A stretch of DNA of 60,416 bases from an uncultured bacterium. GTDB lineage: Bacteria > Patescibacteriota > Minisyncoccia > Phycocordibacterales > UBA9973. A model generated the notes under the pieces. It saw only the letters and a program-made list of their open reading frames with translations. It had not been told where the DNA came from and did no database searches. The translations under genes and the position numbers were made by a program. Location of the stretch: assembly GCA_903838985.1 (NCBI GenBank), contig CAIMAO010000024.1, positions 1 through 60,416 on the forward strand. The letters run 5' to 3'. This document shows positions 35,514 through 46,338 of this stretch, one piece after another; the stretch's first letter is position 1, and the number at the start of each line of letters is the position of its first letter.

Positions 35514-36293
35514 ATGTCTATAGATGTAACACTCTCGTTAATCAAGCAACTTAGAGATGCGACAGGCATCTCTGTTATGCAATGTAAAAACGCCCTAGAA
35601 GAAGCTGAGGGAGATATGGAAAAAGCTTTGGCTATATTAAAAAAGACAAGTTCTGATATTGCTCTTAAAAAAGCAGGCCGTGATGCAAAAGACGGAAGAG
35701 TCTGTATTAAAACAGAAAGTGATAAAGCAATATTAGTCGCTCTACATTGTGAGACAGATTTCGTATCTAGGAATGATGATTTCGTAAACTTAATTTCTAA
35801 TTTAGGAGATAAGGCTCTTAAAGATGGCATAGAAAAAATGAAAGAAGAATCAAAAGATATGATTGACCCTGTCGTTCAGAAAACTGGTGAAAAAATAGAA
35901 CTTGGTGATGTATATGAAGTAAAAGGAAGTATATTAGGAAACTATGTTCACAATAATAAAATCGCTGTCATCGTTTCATTAGAAGGTGGCAACTCTGAGC
36001 TTGCTCGTGATATAGCTATGCATATCACAGCTATGAAGCCAGAATACATTTTCCAAAGTGAAATAACAGATGAAGTAAAGAAAACAATTACTGAAATATT
36101 TGAAAAAGAAGTTGCCGAAGTAGACAAACCAGAAGAAATAAAAAAGAAAATGTTAGATGGAAAGATAGCAACTTATTTCAAAGAAAAAACATTGCTTGAT
36201 CAAATTTTTATAAAAGATCCAAATATGACGATAAATCAGCTTTTAGAAAAAAACAAAGCAAAGATAAAAGAAATAAAGCGTTATTCAATATAA
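35514..36293 (+). CDS. tsf: Elongation factor Ts
   Basis: 'IKQLRDATG','CKNAL','CETDFV'. Confidence 0.97.
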   Translation: MSIDVTLSLIKQLRDATGISVMQCKNALEEAEGDMEKALAILKKTSSDIALKKAGRDAKDGRVCIKTESDKAILVALHCETDFVSRNDDFVNLISNLGDKALKDGIEKMKEESKDMIDPVVQKTGEKIELGDVYEVKGSILGNYVHNNKIAVIVSLEGGNSELARDIAMHITAMKPEYIFQSEITDEVKKTITEIFEKEVAEVDKPEEIKKKMLDGKIATYFKEKTLLDQIFIKDPNMTINQLLEKNKAKIKEIKRYSI

Positions 36294-36299
36294 AACATT

Positions 36300-36704
36300 A
36301 TGTATTTACCTTTAATCTTATTCTTTACATCGCTTGTCGGAATAATTGTAATTATAGGACACAAGCTTGTATTACTTAGAAATGGTCAAGTCGTAAGAGT
36401 ACAACACTCTCACCCTTTTGTCGCAGATTTAGAAAAAATAAAAGTCTTAACCATAAAAAATAGTAAAAGAGCTGGATACGTAGTCGTATTTGTGACACTT
36501 AGATTTTTTATTAAGTCTTCAAATTCAATAAAAACTATTAGCAAAGAATTAAAAAATAAGATTAAGAGTAAGTTCAATAAGAATACAACGATTGAGCAGA
36601 TAGAGAAAAAAGGAGTTTCAAATTATTTAAAAGTAATTTCAGAATACAGACAAAGAATCAAAAGAATCAAGCACATTATCAAAAAAGAAGAAGGAATAGA
36701 ATAA
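36300..36704 (+). CDS. Hypothetical membrane-anchored basic protein
   Basis: 134 aa, N-terminal TM, abuts tsf. Confidence 0.65.
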   Translation: MYLPLILFFTSLVGIIVIIGHKLVLLRNGQVVRVQHSHPFVADLEKIKVLTIKNSKRAGYVVVFVTLRFFIKSSNSIKTISKELKNKIKSKFNKNTTIEQIEKKGVSNYLKVISEYRQRIKRIKHIIKKEEGIE

Positions 36705-36756
36705 TTTGATAAAATTAAATAAAATTGTTAGTATGTTTAAGTAAATAAAAAAATAT

Positions 36757-36829
36757 GCCGGCATAGCTCAGTTGGTAGAGCGCCACTTTTGTAAAGTGGA
36801 TGTCCGGGGTTCGAATCCTCGTGCCGGCT
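36757..36829 (+). tRNA. tRNA-Thr(TGT)
   Basis: GCCGGCATAGCTCAGTTGGTAGAGC..CCACT-TTTGTAA-AGTGG..GGTTCGAATCC..TGCCGGCT. Confidence 0.97.
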
Positions 36830-36835
36830 CAAAAA

Positions 36836-37231
36836 TTAGTTAAATTCTATTGAGAAATTGTACATTCCCATTGCACATAAACCTTGCATTTTTGTGCCAG
36901 CTTTTTGTGGCAGAACATCAATAAGTGTTTCTCCTGATTGAGGAAGATTATTACGATAATTCAAGCTTGGGATAGAAACAGCTGAAGAACAATCAAAACT
37001 ACCATTTGTTACCATTTTTATAACTGTAGGAATATCAGCTTTAGCTTTTGTTACTCTGGGAGAGTATCCCCCTTTAGCCTTAATAATAATAATCTGTTTT
37101 CCATTTACAATATTTACATTATTTTCATCCTGAGAGTTACTAACATTATTTTTACCTAAAAAAATAATAGATCCCATAATTATAAATGTAACAATAAATA
37201 TTAAAATAAAAGTTATTTTATTTGTTTTCAT
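36836..37231 (-). CDS. Cupredoxin domain protein
   Basis: 'GGYSP','DCSS','CAMGMY'. Confidence 0.85.
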   Translation of the reverse strand: MKTNKITFILIFIVTFIIMGSIIFLGKNNVSNSQDENNVNIVNGKQIIIIKAKGGYSPRVTKAKADIPTVIKMVTNGSFDCSSAVSIPSLNYRNNLPQSGETLIDVLPQKAGTKMQGLCAMGMYNFSIEFN

Positions 37232-37235
37232 ATTT

Positions 37236-38258
37236 TTAAAAATTAAAAATTGGCGGAATAATACCAGCTCCGACTAAAGCATTGATTAAATTAAAAATTC
37301 CAAAGAATAATACTATCAGGCCAGCTGATTTGAAAAACACACCCGACTCGGAATATTTTTTAATACTTAAGGAACTAAAACTCAAAAGTGATAACACTGG
37401 AAGTGTACCAAGTGCAAATGAAAACATTATTAAGGATCCAGTCAGAAAACTACCCGTCGTCAAACTATAAATCTGCATTGATTGAGTAAAACCACAAGGT
37501 AAAAAGAATGTTGCAATACCTACCAACAAAGGCGTAAGCGTATGATTAATATTTTTTAAACTATGAGCATATTTACCAATAAATTTCGGCATTGTTGGTT
37601 GAAATTTTTTAGCGGAAGGGAAAATATCAAGAAGATTTATTCCAAGGATAAGCAGAACAATGGCCACTACTAAGCTTAAAATAAATGTGCCTGTTCCTCC
37701 TAGTTGAAAAGTTGAACCTAACGCTCCGATCACACCACCTAAAACAAAAAATGACACAAGTCTTCCAATATGAAATAAAATTTGTGGTCTTACGCTATTA
37801 TCCTCCTTCGCAAAATTCGCTGACATAGAAAGTACAAGTCCTCCAACTACAGCCATGCAAGTAGAAACAGATGCAATGAGTCCAACTATAAATGCTGTAC
37901 CATAACTAACTTTCGATGCTGTTATTAGATTCACAATGCCAAGTTTTTGTAAAAGAATAAAAAATAAAATAAATGCCAAAGCGACAGGAATAGCAATCTT
38001 AAAATCAGACCAAACTATTTTTTGTTCTTCTTTTTCTAGGGAAAGAGTGTATCCATGTGGTTTTAAAACCATGGTTAAATCTTCTCTAATTTGTTCTGGT
38101 TCTTTTTCACCAAAATCCCCAGTCACTTCAACACTAAAATTTTTAAGCGATGCTTTTACTTTTGATACTTCTGATAATTCGCTAAGTTCGCTTTCAGTAA
38201 GCACAACACAAGCATTGCAATGCATACCATTCACATGAAATTTATAAGTTTTTTTCAT
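37236..38258 (-). CDS. HMA domain + DsbD_2/TauE-like membrane protein
   Basis: GMHCNAC, 'STCMAVVGG','FLPCG'. Confidence 0.85.
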   Translation of the reverse strand: MKKTYKFHVNGMHCNACVVLTESELSELSEVSKVKASLKNFSVEVTGDFGEKEPEQIREDLTMVLKPHGYTLSLEKEEQKIVWSDFKIAIPVALAFILFFILLQKLGIVNLITASKVSYGTAFIVGLIASVSTCMAVVGGLVLSMSANFAKEDNSVRPQILFHIGRLVSFFVLGGVIGALGSTFQLGGTGTFILSLVVAIVLLILGINLLDIFPSAKKFQPTMPKFIGKYAHSLKNINHTLTPLLVGIATFFLPCGFTQSMQIYSLTTGSFLTGSLIMFSFALGTLPVLSLLSFSSLSIKKYSESGVFFKSAGLIVLFFGIFNLINALVGAGIIPPIFNF

Positions 38259-38259
38259 T

Positions 38260-40503
38260 TTATATTTTTTTGGCTTTAAGCCTTAAAGAATTACTAACGA
38301 CCGACACACTTGATAATGCCATTGCAGAACCTGCAAAAATTGGACTTAATAACCAACCAAAAATTGGATAAAACAATCCACCTGCAAGAGGTATCCCTAC
38401 AATATTATAAATAAATGCCCAAAATAAATTTTGTTTTATTCCTCTCATTGCAATCTTTGAAAGATGCACAGCTTTCACTAATTTTGAGATATCTCCATGT
38501 AAAAGGGTTATTCCAGCAGATTCTATCGCCACATCGGTTCCAGTAGCCATAGCAACCCCTATATCAGCCTGTGCGAGGGCAGGAGCATCGTTTACCCCAT
38601 CTCCGGTCATAACAACAATATCGCCATTTTTCTGTAATTCTTTGATTTTATTCAATTTATCTAGAGGCATAACTTCTGCCACAACTTCATCTACACCGAC
38701 AAGTTTCCCGACATATTCTGCAGTATTTTTGTTATCTCCCGTAAGCATAATAACTTTTATTTTCAATAAATGTAAATCTTTTATTGCATCTATTGCTTCT
38801 TTTTTTATAGCGTCAGCTACTAAAATTATTCCAAGAATTTTTTCTTTTGTTGCTAAAATTATTGGCGTTTTGCCTTCACTCGTTTCCTTTTCAATTGAAT
38901 CTACATCAAAAACAAGATTAAGATCTTTTATAAGTTTTGTATTGCCCGCAAAATATTCTACATTTTCAACTACCCCTTTTACACCCTTACCTTTTACCGC
39001 TTCAAAATCAATTACAGAAAATAAATTAAGTTTACTTTTCTTTGCATAAGATACGATAGCGTGTGCGATGGGATGTTCAGATTTTTGTTCAAGAGAAGAA
39101 AAAATTGAAATAAGTTCCTCATCTTTTTTATCTGAAAAATTTTTAATAGATATGATTTCTGGTTTACCATAAGTAAGTGTCCCCGTCTTGTCTACCACCA
39201 CTACTGTAGCTTTACCAAGTTTTTCAAGCGTACTAGCATCCTTGATAAGGATTCCCTCTCGAGCACCTTTACCTACACCCACAATAATAGCTGTCGGCGT
39301 AGCAAGTCCTAAAGCACAAGGACAAGCGATAACTAAAATACCAACAAAAGAGGTCAAACTAAAAGATAATGTTTGAGAAAATCCTAAATACTGTGTTCCT
39401 ATCAAAAGCCAAAGACCTAATGCAGCAAAAGAAAGAACTAAAACAATAGGCACAAAAACACCTGAAATTTTATCAGCTAAAGCTTGAATAGGAGCACGAC
39501 TACCTTGAGCTTCTTCAACCATTTTAATAATACGTGCAAGCATCGTCTCAGAACCTATTTTTGTAGCTTTAAAAACAAACGAACCCGTAGTATTGATTGT
39601 TCCAGCAACGACATTGTCTCCAACATTTTTTTGAACAGGCATGGGTTCACCTGTAATCATAGATTCATCTACATAAGAAGTTCCTTCTGAAACAATACCA
39701 TCAACAGGAATATTGCCGCCTGGTTTTATAATAATTAAATCTCCATGCATAACTTCTGTGACAGATATTTCTATTTCTTTATTATCGCGTAAAACAAATG
39801 CTGTTTTTGCTTGAAGATTTAAAAGTTTCTCTATAGCATCACCTGTTTTTAATTTCGATCGAGCTTCTAAATATTTACCAAGTGTAATAAAAGCAATGAC
39901 AACAATAACAACATCATAATAACCTTGATTAACATTTATGAAAGATTTTAAACTTTCTTCAAAAGCACTGATTACAAAACTATAAATAAAGGCCACTCCA
40001 GTACCAAGTCCTATAAGCGTATCCATATTAGCCTTACCATGACGAAGAAAGCGATACAAACCCAACAAATATGGTTTGCCTACAACAAAGAGAGTATATG
40101 TAGCTAACACGGGTAAAAGATGATGAAAAAATTCACTCCAAAAATAAGACATTTCTGATACTAATTTAAGTCCTCCAAAAATATCCCAAGCCATCACAAA
40201 AAGACTAACCAAAACAATAGGAATAAGAGAAAAAAGTTTGTTTTTCATATCTTCTAGCTCAATATGTTTATTTTTTTCTTTTATTTTTATATCAGAAAAT
40301 GACAAAGAATATCCAAGTGGTTCAATTTGTTTAGAAAGAACTTCAATATTTGTTTTTGATGGATCAAAAGAAATTTTAGCTTTCTCCGTACCAGAATTTA
40401 CTTCTATTGACTCCACTCCATCTATTTTTCTGAGAGTTTTCTCAATAATGCTTGCACACGAAGCACAGTGCATTCCTTTTATTTTATAAGTTTCATTTTG
40501 CAT
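38260..40503 (-). CDS. copA: Cu(+)-exporting P1B-type ATPase
   Basis: GMHCASC, TGE, CPCALG, DKTGT, SEHP, GDGVND, YN. Confidence 0.95.
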   Translation of the reverse strand: MQNETYKIKGMHCASCASIIEKTLRKIDGVESIEVNSGTEKAKISFDPSKTNIEVLSKQIEPLGYSLSFSDIKIKEKNKHIELEDMKNKLFSLIPIVLVSLFVMAWDIFGGLKLVSEMSYFWSEFFHHLLPVLATYTLFVVGKPYLLGLYRFLRHGKANMDTLIGLGTGVAFIYSFVISAFEESLKSFINVNQGYYDVVIVVIAFITLGKYLEARSKLKTGDAIEKLLNLQAKTAFVLRDNKEIEISVTEVMHGDLIIIKPGGNIPVDGIVSEGTSYVDESMITGEPMPVQKNVGDNVVAGTINTTGSFVFKATKIGSETMLARIIKMVEEAQGSRAPIQALADKISGVFVPIVLVLSFAALGLWLLIGTQYLGFSQTLSFSLTSFVGILVIACPCALGLATPTAIIVGVGKGAREGILIKDASTLEKLGKATVVVVDKTGTLTYGKPEIISIKNFSDKKDEELISIFSSLEQKSEHPIAHAIVSYAKKSKLNLFSVIDFEAVKGKGVKGVVENVEYFAGNTKLIKDLNLVFDVDSIEKETSEGKTPIILATKEKILGIILVADAIKKEAIDAIKDLHLLKIKVIMLTGDNKNTAEYVGKLVGVDEVVAEVMPLDKLNKIKELQKNGDIVVMTGDGVNDAPALAQADIGVAMATGTDVAIESAGITLLHGDISKLVKAVHLSKIAMRGIKQNLFWAFIYNIVGIPLAGGLFYPIFGWLLSPIFAGSAMALSSVSVVSNSLRLKAKKI

Positions 40504-40532
40504 AAAATTTTATTTATAGTGAGCTTGTCGAA

Positions 40533-40796
40533 CTATTTTCTTTTCAATTTATATACTTTTAAAATTTCTTCCGTAGCTTTTTTTGTTTTACCTTCTTTAA
40601 TTTGATTAACCAGACAATGACCTAAATGTCCTTCCATAAGTTCATCTTCTACACCAGAAAGAGCCTGCTTGATAGCAGACGTCTGAGTAATAATATCTAT
40701 ACAATAAATATTATTTTCTAACATATTTTGTAATCCTCTCACTTGCCCTTCAACTATTTTTAACCTACGTATTAGTTTTTGTTTGTCATTATGCAT
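40533..40796 (-). CDS. csoR: CsoR-family copper-sensing repressor
   Basis: 'RLKIVEGQVRG..M....YC.DI..Q....H..HC'. Confidence 0.9.
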   Translation of the reverse strand: MHNDKQKLIRRLKIVEGQVRGLQNMLENNIYCIDIITQTSAIKQALSGVEDELMEGHLGHCLVNQIKEGKTKKATEEILKVYKLKRK

Positions 40797-40806
40797 AAAA
40801 ACAGTA

Positions 40807-40825
40807 TATACCCCCTGGGGGTATA
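40807..40825. promoter_or_regulatory. CsoR operator
   Basis: Perfect palindrome TATACCCCC-T-GGGGGTATA immediately upstream of csoR. Confidence 0.85.
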
Positions 40826-40852
40826 ATCAAGTAGTTCTGTGGAAAACTAAAA

Positions 40853-41554
40853 TTAAATAGCTTTTTTAGTTGTCGTCTCTTTAATTATAGGTTTTACTTC
40901 TTGCAATTTGAAAGATTGTTTTACGTGAGATTCAAGTCCGTCTATACTCTGAAAACCAGTTAATACATCTTCATCTACAACAAGTGCAGGAAGTTTCGTA
41001 TCTTCTATTTTATATATCTGAAGCATAGATTTTACAGCAGACAGATCAATACCATAATCAAAAGAGTAAACACGAAGTTTTGGATACTTTTCACGCAAAG
41101 AAGAAAGCACCATCCCCTGTTTTTCACATTCTGTACAATTTGCTGCTGTCGTATAAAAATACAAAATAAATGCTGATTTTGTATTACATCTTTCAGAAAT
41201 TTTTCTTGTTAGGAGATAATCTTTGATCTCTAAAAGAGAATAATATTTTTTCAAATATGACACAGTGTCAGTAGCGCCTAGATTTTGTTGTCCCCATTCT
41301 AACTTAGTTGCCAGTTCACCAAGTTCGCCAGAAAGAACTGAATCAGAAATATTTTTACAAGAAAGCTCTGAAAGTAATGAGAATTGAGTTTCCGAAGAAA
41401 GAATATCAATGGATATTTTATCTTGAATTGATTTCAATTGATTTACTTTTTTATCGCTAAAATAATTACTAACATAACTAGCGCTCAAAAAAAGACCCAC
41501 TGTAAATAAAAAGACTATTAAATATTTTTTCCAATCAAATGTGTTTTCTTTCAT
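40853..41554 (-). CDS. Membrane-anchored thioredoxin-fold hypothetical protein
   Basis: TM, 'ILYFY....CTEC..QG','VYSFD','PALVV'. Confidence 0.65.
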   Translation of the reverse strand: MKENTFDWKKYLIVFLFTVGLFLSASYVSNYFSDKKVNQLKSIQDKISIDILSSETQFSLLSELSCKNISDSVLSGELGELATKLEWGQQNLGATDTVSYLKKYYSLLEIKDYLLTRKISERCNTKSAFILYFYTTAANCTECEKQGMVLSSLREKYPKLRVYSFDYGIDLSAVKSMLQIYKIEDTKLPALVVDEDVLTGFQSIDGLESHVKQSFKLQEVKPIIKETTTKKAI

Positions 41555-41581
41555 ATTTCAATAAAAAATTTATATTATAAT

Positions 41582-42838
41582 TTATCTCCAAGATGGTTTT
41601 CTAGATAATAAAGTATTATATATTGCTTTTAAAAACCAAAACGGACTAATAATACTAAGGATAAAAAGATAATAAATCATGCTCAAAGAAAATCTCCATT
41701 TCCCCTCAGACATTTTTCTCCCCAAAAGTACAGATAAAATAGTCAAGGAAAACAAAAAGATAGAAATAAAAAACAATATTTGAGTATTTATAAAAAATGG
41801 GTCCAAAGATTTTATATTAGAATTCATATAAAATCCAACAGTTTTAAACTGCAAAAATTTAGAAAACAAAAAACCGCCTAAACTATAAAGGGTTTTACCA
41901 AAAAGATAACTAACAGCAAAAGCAGAAATAATACTAGAAGGAACAGTAAAAAGTGAAAAATTACCGTATTTTTTTCTAAAGATTATATTACGATAATCTA
42001 TCGTATTATTTATAAAACCATAAATCCAACGTAATCTCTGTTTATAAAGTTTTACAATTGTTGGTGGTGTGTTTGTGTAAACATAAGCATCATTACAATG
42101 TTCTATTTTATAAAAATTTTTTTGCATTCTGTAAGCAATCTCTAGATCTTCTGTATTGTGAGCATGACGATATGGACCTAAATCATCAAATACTTTCTTA
42201 CGAAAGATAGTAAGTGGTCCAGGGGTAACATGTATTGCACCCAAGAAACCAAACATTTTTTTAATATAGATAGACATATCATATTCTACTTTTTGTGCGT
42301 GTTGAATAGTATTTTTAGAATTTATTGCTATTATAGAAGGTGCTACCGCCATTATTTTTGGATCTTTCTCAAAATAACTCATTATGCGTACAAGTGATTC
42401 AGGATCAGCAACAGAATCAGCATCGAGACAACCCAAAAAATCAGTCTCTACATGTTCTAAGCCTAAGTTGAGCGCAGTATACTTTCCACCATTTTCTTTA
42501 TGAAAAATTTTTACATTAGGATTTTTGGAAAATCTTTTTATAGCGTCCCAAGTGCGATCAGTAGAACCATCATCAATTAAGAAAATTTTTACTTTATCTT
42601 TAGGATAATTCAAATTTAAAAGTGAGTGTACTGTTTTATAAATAGTCTTTTCTTCATTCCAAGAAGGGACAATGATGGTGACTTTGGGATATTTCTGTAA
42701 TTCTATAGATCCTTTCCTAACAACTATCTTTTTCTTATTTTCTAAAAAAGTTATCAAAAAAAACACCTGCACGTAGACAGACAAAAAAGTCAATGTATAA
42801 AGTATTATATCTGATACAGAAAGCATATTATGCCCCAA
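41582..42838 (-). CDS. GT2 processive membrane glycosyltransferase
   Basis: DDGSTD, DAD, TED, QRLRW motifs. Confidence 0.9.
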   Translation of the reverse strand: MGHNMLSVSDIILYTLTFLSVYVQVFFLITFLENKKKIVVRKGSIELQKYPKVTIIVPSWNEEKTIYKTVHSLLNLNYPKDKVKIFLIDDGSTDRTWDAIKRFSKNPNVKIFHKENGGKYTALNLGLEHVETDFLGCLDADSVADPESLVRIMSYFEKDPKIMAVAPSIIAINSKNTIQHAQKVEYDMSIYIKKMFGFLGAIHVTPGPLTIFRKKVFDDLGPYRHAHNTEDLEIAYRMQKNFYKIEHCNDAYVYTNTPPTIVKLYKQRLRWIYGFINNTIDYRNIIFRKKYGNFSLFTVPSSIISAFAVSYLFGKTLYSLGGFLFSKFLQFKTVGFYMNSNIKSLDPFFINTQILFFISIFLFSLTILSVLLGRKMSEGKWRFSLSMIYYLFILSIISPFWFLKAIYNTLLSRKPSWR

Positions 42839-42918
42839 TAATATAACATTTTAAGTGAAATAGCAAACCCCACTTTGACTTAAATCAAGGTGGGGTTTAG
42901 CCTTTAAAAACACTTAAA

Positions 42919-43218
42919 TTACATAGTTCCTTCTGTCTTTGGAGCTTCTGTTGCACAAGTAGCACATGCACCATCTTTACATTTAGCACATTTACAACCA
43001 AATATCATTACAACAGCTGAAATACCTACTAATAGGTAAACAACAGCTTCTAATACAGGCACAGAGCCTAGAATCATATTAACAACATTCCAACCTCCTA
43101 CTGTACCTAAAAGCATACCAAGACCAACTAGACCCCAATTTACTCCACCAACGATGACAAGTATCTTGGCAATCATAGCCATAACACAACCACCTTTTTT
43201 ACAACAATCTTTACACAT
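42919..43218 (-). CDS. DUF378 family membrane protein
   Basis: 'LVIVGGVNWGLVG...VYLLVGISA'. Confidence 0.85.
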   Translation of the reverse strand: MCKDCCKKGGCVMAMIAKILVIVGGVNWGLVGLGMLLGTVGGWNVVNMILGSVPVLEAVVYLLVGISAVVMIFGCKCAKCKDGACATCATEAPKTEGTM

Positions 43219-43319
43219 AATTTTAATAAAAGTTATCTTATAATTTTTTCCCGCCTAAACGACGATTCAGTCGGGGTGATTTAAATAATACTAGATAATT
43301 ATATCATATTTAGAAAAAT

Positions 43320-44600
43320 CTAGTCAAAGTAGTTTTTAAGTCTAGCTATCTTTTCATGCTGACGAAGCTTTTCATGAACTTTTGCTTCAATCTGACGAAT
43401 ACGTTCACGAGTCACTCCAAATTCTTCTCCCACCCTTTCTAAAGTATGCTGTATACCATCAACCAAACCATAACGCATCTCAAGAATTTTACATTCTTTA
43501 GGATTTAGTTCATTTAAAACTTCACGAATTTGATCAGACAAAATACGTCGAGAAGATTCTTGATCTGGACGCAAAATTTTATCATCTGGAATAAAATTTT
43601 CAAGTGTTGATTTTTCATCATCATCTCCAACTGGTTGTTCAAGAGAAATAGTTTCTTGGCTTATATTTTCAATCACATGGATTTTTTCAACAGGAATGCC
43701 CATCTCAGTTGCTATTTCTTCTGCTAGTGGTTCACGTCCTAAATCCTGACTGAGTTTTCTGTATGTTTGTTTATATTTTGAAATAGTTTCTACCATATGC
43801 ACTGGTATGCGGATAGTCCTACTTTGGTCAGCAAGTGCCCGAGTGATAGATTGACGAATCCACCAAGTGGCATAAGTAGAAAATTTATAACCTTTTGTCC
43901 AATCAAATTTTTCAACAGCCTTAAATAAACCTAAATTACCCTCCTGAATCAAATCCAAAAGGCTCAAATTTGCACTTCTACCTACATACTTTTTAGCGAT
44001 AGAAACAACGAGTCTTAAGTTGGCTCTGGCTAACAAATTTTTTGCTTCAGGATCACCTAATTCTATACGCTTAGCAAGATCTTTTTCATCACCAGCATGA
44101 ATAAGTGAATATTGCCCTATTTCTTTCAAATACATCTGTATAGAATCATGTATAGTAGATTTATTTAAATCTTTATCAGAAACATCATTATCAAGATTAA
44201 GCAAATTTCCACCTTCTAAAACATCTATACCAGCAACTGCAAATTTTTCATAAAGTTCATCCAAAAAAAAGATATTGTTTTCAATGTCTGGAAAAGTTTT
44301 TAAAATTTCATCATAAGTAATAAATCCTCGTTTTCGTCCTTTCTCTATAAGCTCATTTGAAAGACGAGAAAAACCATCCGCTTTTTTTTCAGCAACTGTC
44401 ATTTTTTTAACAGCACCAACTTTAGCAACTTTCTTAATTTTTTTCACTATTTTTGCTTTTTTAACTACCTGCCTCGCTGATTCAAGGCGGGTCTTTTTTA
44501 CAACTTTTTTATTTGTCTTTTTAACTAAAACTGGACGTGTCTTTTTTACTATTTTTTTCGCAGCTTTTTTTACTATTTTTTTTGTTTTTTTATTTTTCAT
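43320..44600 (-). CDS. rpoD: RNA polymerase primary sigma factor
   Basis: '[12 protein letters not shown]','[10 protein letters not shown]','[10 protein letters not shown]','TRERIRQIE'. Confidence 0.95.
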   Translation of the reverse strand: MKNKKTKKIVKKAAKKIVKKTRPVLVKKTNKKVVKKTRLESARQVVKKAKIVKKIKKVAKVGAVKKMTVAEKKADGFSRLSNELIEKGRKRGFITYDEILKTFPDIENNIFFLDELYEKFAVAGIDVLEGGNLLNLDNDVSDKDLNKSTIHDSIQMYLKEIGQYSLIHAGDEKDLAKRIELGDPEAKNLLARANLRLVVSIAKKYVGRSANLSLLDLIQEGNLGLFKAVEKFDWTKGYKFSTYATWWIRQSITRALADQSRTIRIPVHMVETISKYKQTYRKLSQDLGREPLAEEIATEMGIPVEKIHVIENISQETISLEQPVGDDDEKSTLENFIPDDKILRPDQESSRRILSDQIREVLNELNPKECKILEMRYGLVDGIQHTLERVGEEFGVTRERIRQIEAKVHEKLRQHEKIARLKNYFD

Positions 44601-44617
44601 AATTTATTTTAAATTAG

Positions 44618-46333
44618 CTAACGACCACTTTTAATTTCTTCTTTTCTTTTATTTATTTCATTTATTCTTCTTAAAATTTCTATTTCCTCTTCTTTTCCTT
44701 TAAAATTTTGCAATTCCAACATTTTTTTTGATAATTCTTCATTTAGATATTCTTCTTCAACATTTAACAACATCTCATGAACATCTTTTTCTAAATTTTC
44801 GTTATTTGAATAAAATTCTTCCGCTTCATAAATCAAATCTTCTTTAAGAACCTCATATAAACTTTTTACTTTCTCTAATTTTTTAAAAATTAATTCAGGA
44901 TCTATTTTTTTATCTTTTAAACTTTCTTGCCAAAAAGCTATACCTAAGAGTCTACGTTCTATTGGGTCTTTTCTTAATTTTTTATCTACGTTTTCTTTAG
45001 CAATTTTTGTTTCTTCTTTTTCATATTTTAATTCAAGTTCAACCCTCTTTAAATCCTCTATCAAAGCATCTTGCGTTATGCCTGATTTATTACTAATCAG
45101 AGTAATAAAGTGTGATTTTTCTATAGCACTCTCTAAGTCATTAACAAAAGGTAATAAATGTTCTTTTATTTCCCTACCAGCCTTTCTGCCGTCAGAAGAG
45201 AAATCTTTCAAAATTCTTGCAAGCATAAATTCAATGAAATGTTTAGAATTTCTTATTGCTTCACGCCAAGCATCTATGCCAACTTTTGATATTAGATCTG
45301 CAGGGTCCATGCCTTCAGGCATGCTTGCAACCTTTACATCCATACCTAAGGATAAAGCAATTTTAGCAAAACGATTTGAAGCTTTTATACCAGCACGATC
45401 TGCATCATAAGCCAAAACAATATTTTTTGATAATCTAATTATTAAACCTAAATTATTTATAATATTTTCTTTTGATTCTATGGTATCAGTCATAGCTGTG
45501 CCAGACGAAGCCACTGTATTTTTGAAACCTGCTTGGTGAGACAAAATTAAATCAAATTGGCCTTCAACAAGGATAGAAAAATTATTTTTTCTTATCGCTT
45601 CTTTTGCTTTATCTATACCAAAAAGAACAGAAGATTTATTAAATATTGGAGTCTCTGGACTATTTAAGTATTTCGCAGATTTTCCATCATCTATAAAAAT
45701 CCTTCCTGAAAAAGCTATTACTCTTCCACTAGAATCAGAAATTGGGAAAATTATTCTTCCACGAAATCTGTCATACATCGCTTTACTAGGGTCATCTGGC
45801 TTCTTGGCAAGTCCTGCACTTTCTATTTCTTTTTCAGTAAAATTTTTAGACTTTAAAAAATCAAAAAGTTTACGCCAATCAAGTAAAGCAAATCCAATTC
45901 TAAAATCTTTTATAGTTTTTTCTTCTAATCCTCTGTCTTTTAAGTATTGTAAAACTTCTTTATTTCCTACCAAATTTTTCTCAAAAAATTTGGTAGCTTC
46001 TTCTATAACTCTATATAATTTTTCTTTTTCACCCTCTTTTTCTTTGTTAAATTCTGTAAGTTTTACACCAGCACGTTCGGCTAATATTTTTAGAACACCT
46101 TTAAAATCTAGCCCCTCAAATTCTTCCACAAAAGTAAAAATGTCTCCTTTAGCAGAACAGCCAAAACAATAATAACTCCCCCGTTCTGGCGAAATGAAAA
46201 AGGATGGTGTTTTTTCATTATGAAAAGGACACCTAGCTTTAAAATTTGCGCCGACTCTATCTAACTTTATATAGGAAGAGACTACTTCTTCGATTGAAAG
46301 CCTCTCCTTAATTTGTTGAACGGGAGAGTTCAT
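44618..46333 (-). CDS. dnaG: DNA primase
   Basis: CPFH.EKTPSF...CFGC, KYLNSPET, VEG..D, DPAD. Confidence 0.97.
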   Translation of the reverse strand: MNSPVQQIKERLSIEEVVSSYIKLDRVGANFKARCPFHNEKTPSFFISPERGSYYCFGCSAKGDIFTFVEEFEGLDFKGVLKILAERAGVKLTEFNKEKEGEKEKLYRVIEEATKFFEKNLVGNKEVLQYLKDRGLEEKTIKDFRIGFALLDWRKLFDFLKSKNFTEKEIESAGLAKKPDDPSKAMYDRFRGRIIFPISDSSGRVIAFSGRIFIDDGKSAKYLNSPETPIFNKSSVLFGIDKAKEAIRKNNFSILVEGQFDLILSHQAGFKNTVASSGTAMTDTIESKENIINNLGLIIRLSKNIVLAYDADRAGIKASNRFAKIALSLGMDVKVASMPEGMDPADLISKVGIDAWREAIRNSKHFIEFMLARILKDFSSDGRKAGREIKEHLLPFVNDLESAIEKSHFITLISNKSGITQDALIEDLKRVELELKYEKEETKIAKENVDKKLRKDPIERRLLGIAFWQESLKDKKIDPELIFKKLEKVKSLYEVLKEDLIYEAEEFYSNNENLEKDVHEMLLNVEEEYLNEELSKKMLELQNFKGKEEEIEILRRINEINKRKEEIKSGR

Positions 46334-46338
46334 ATGTT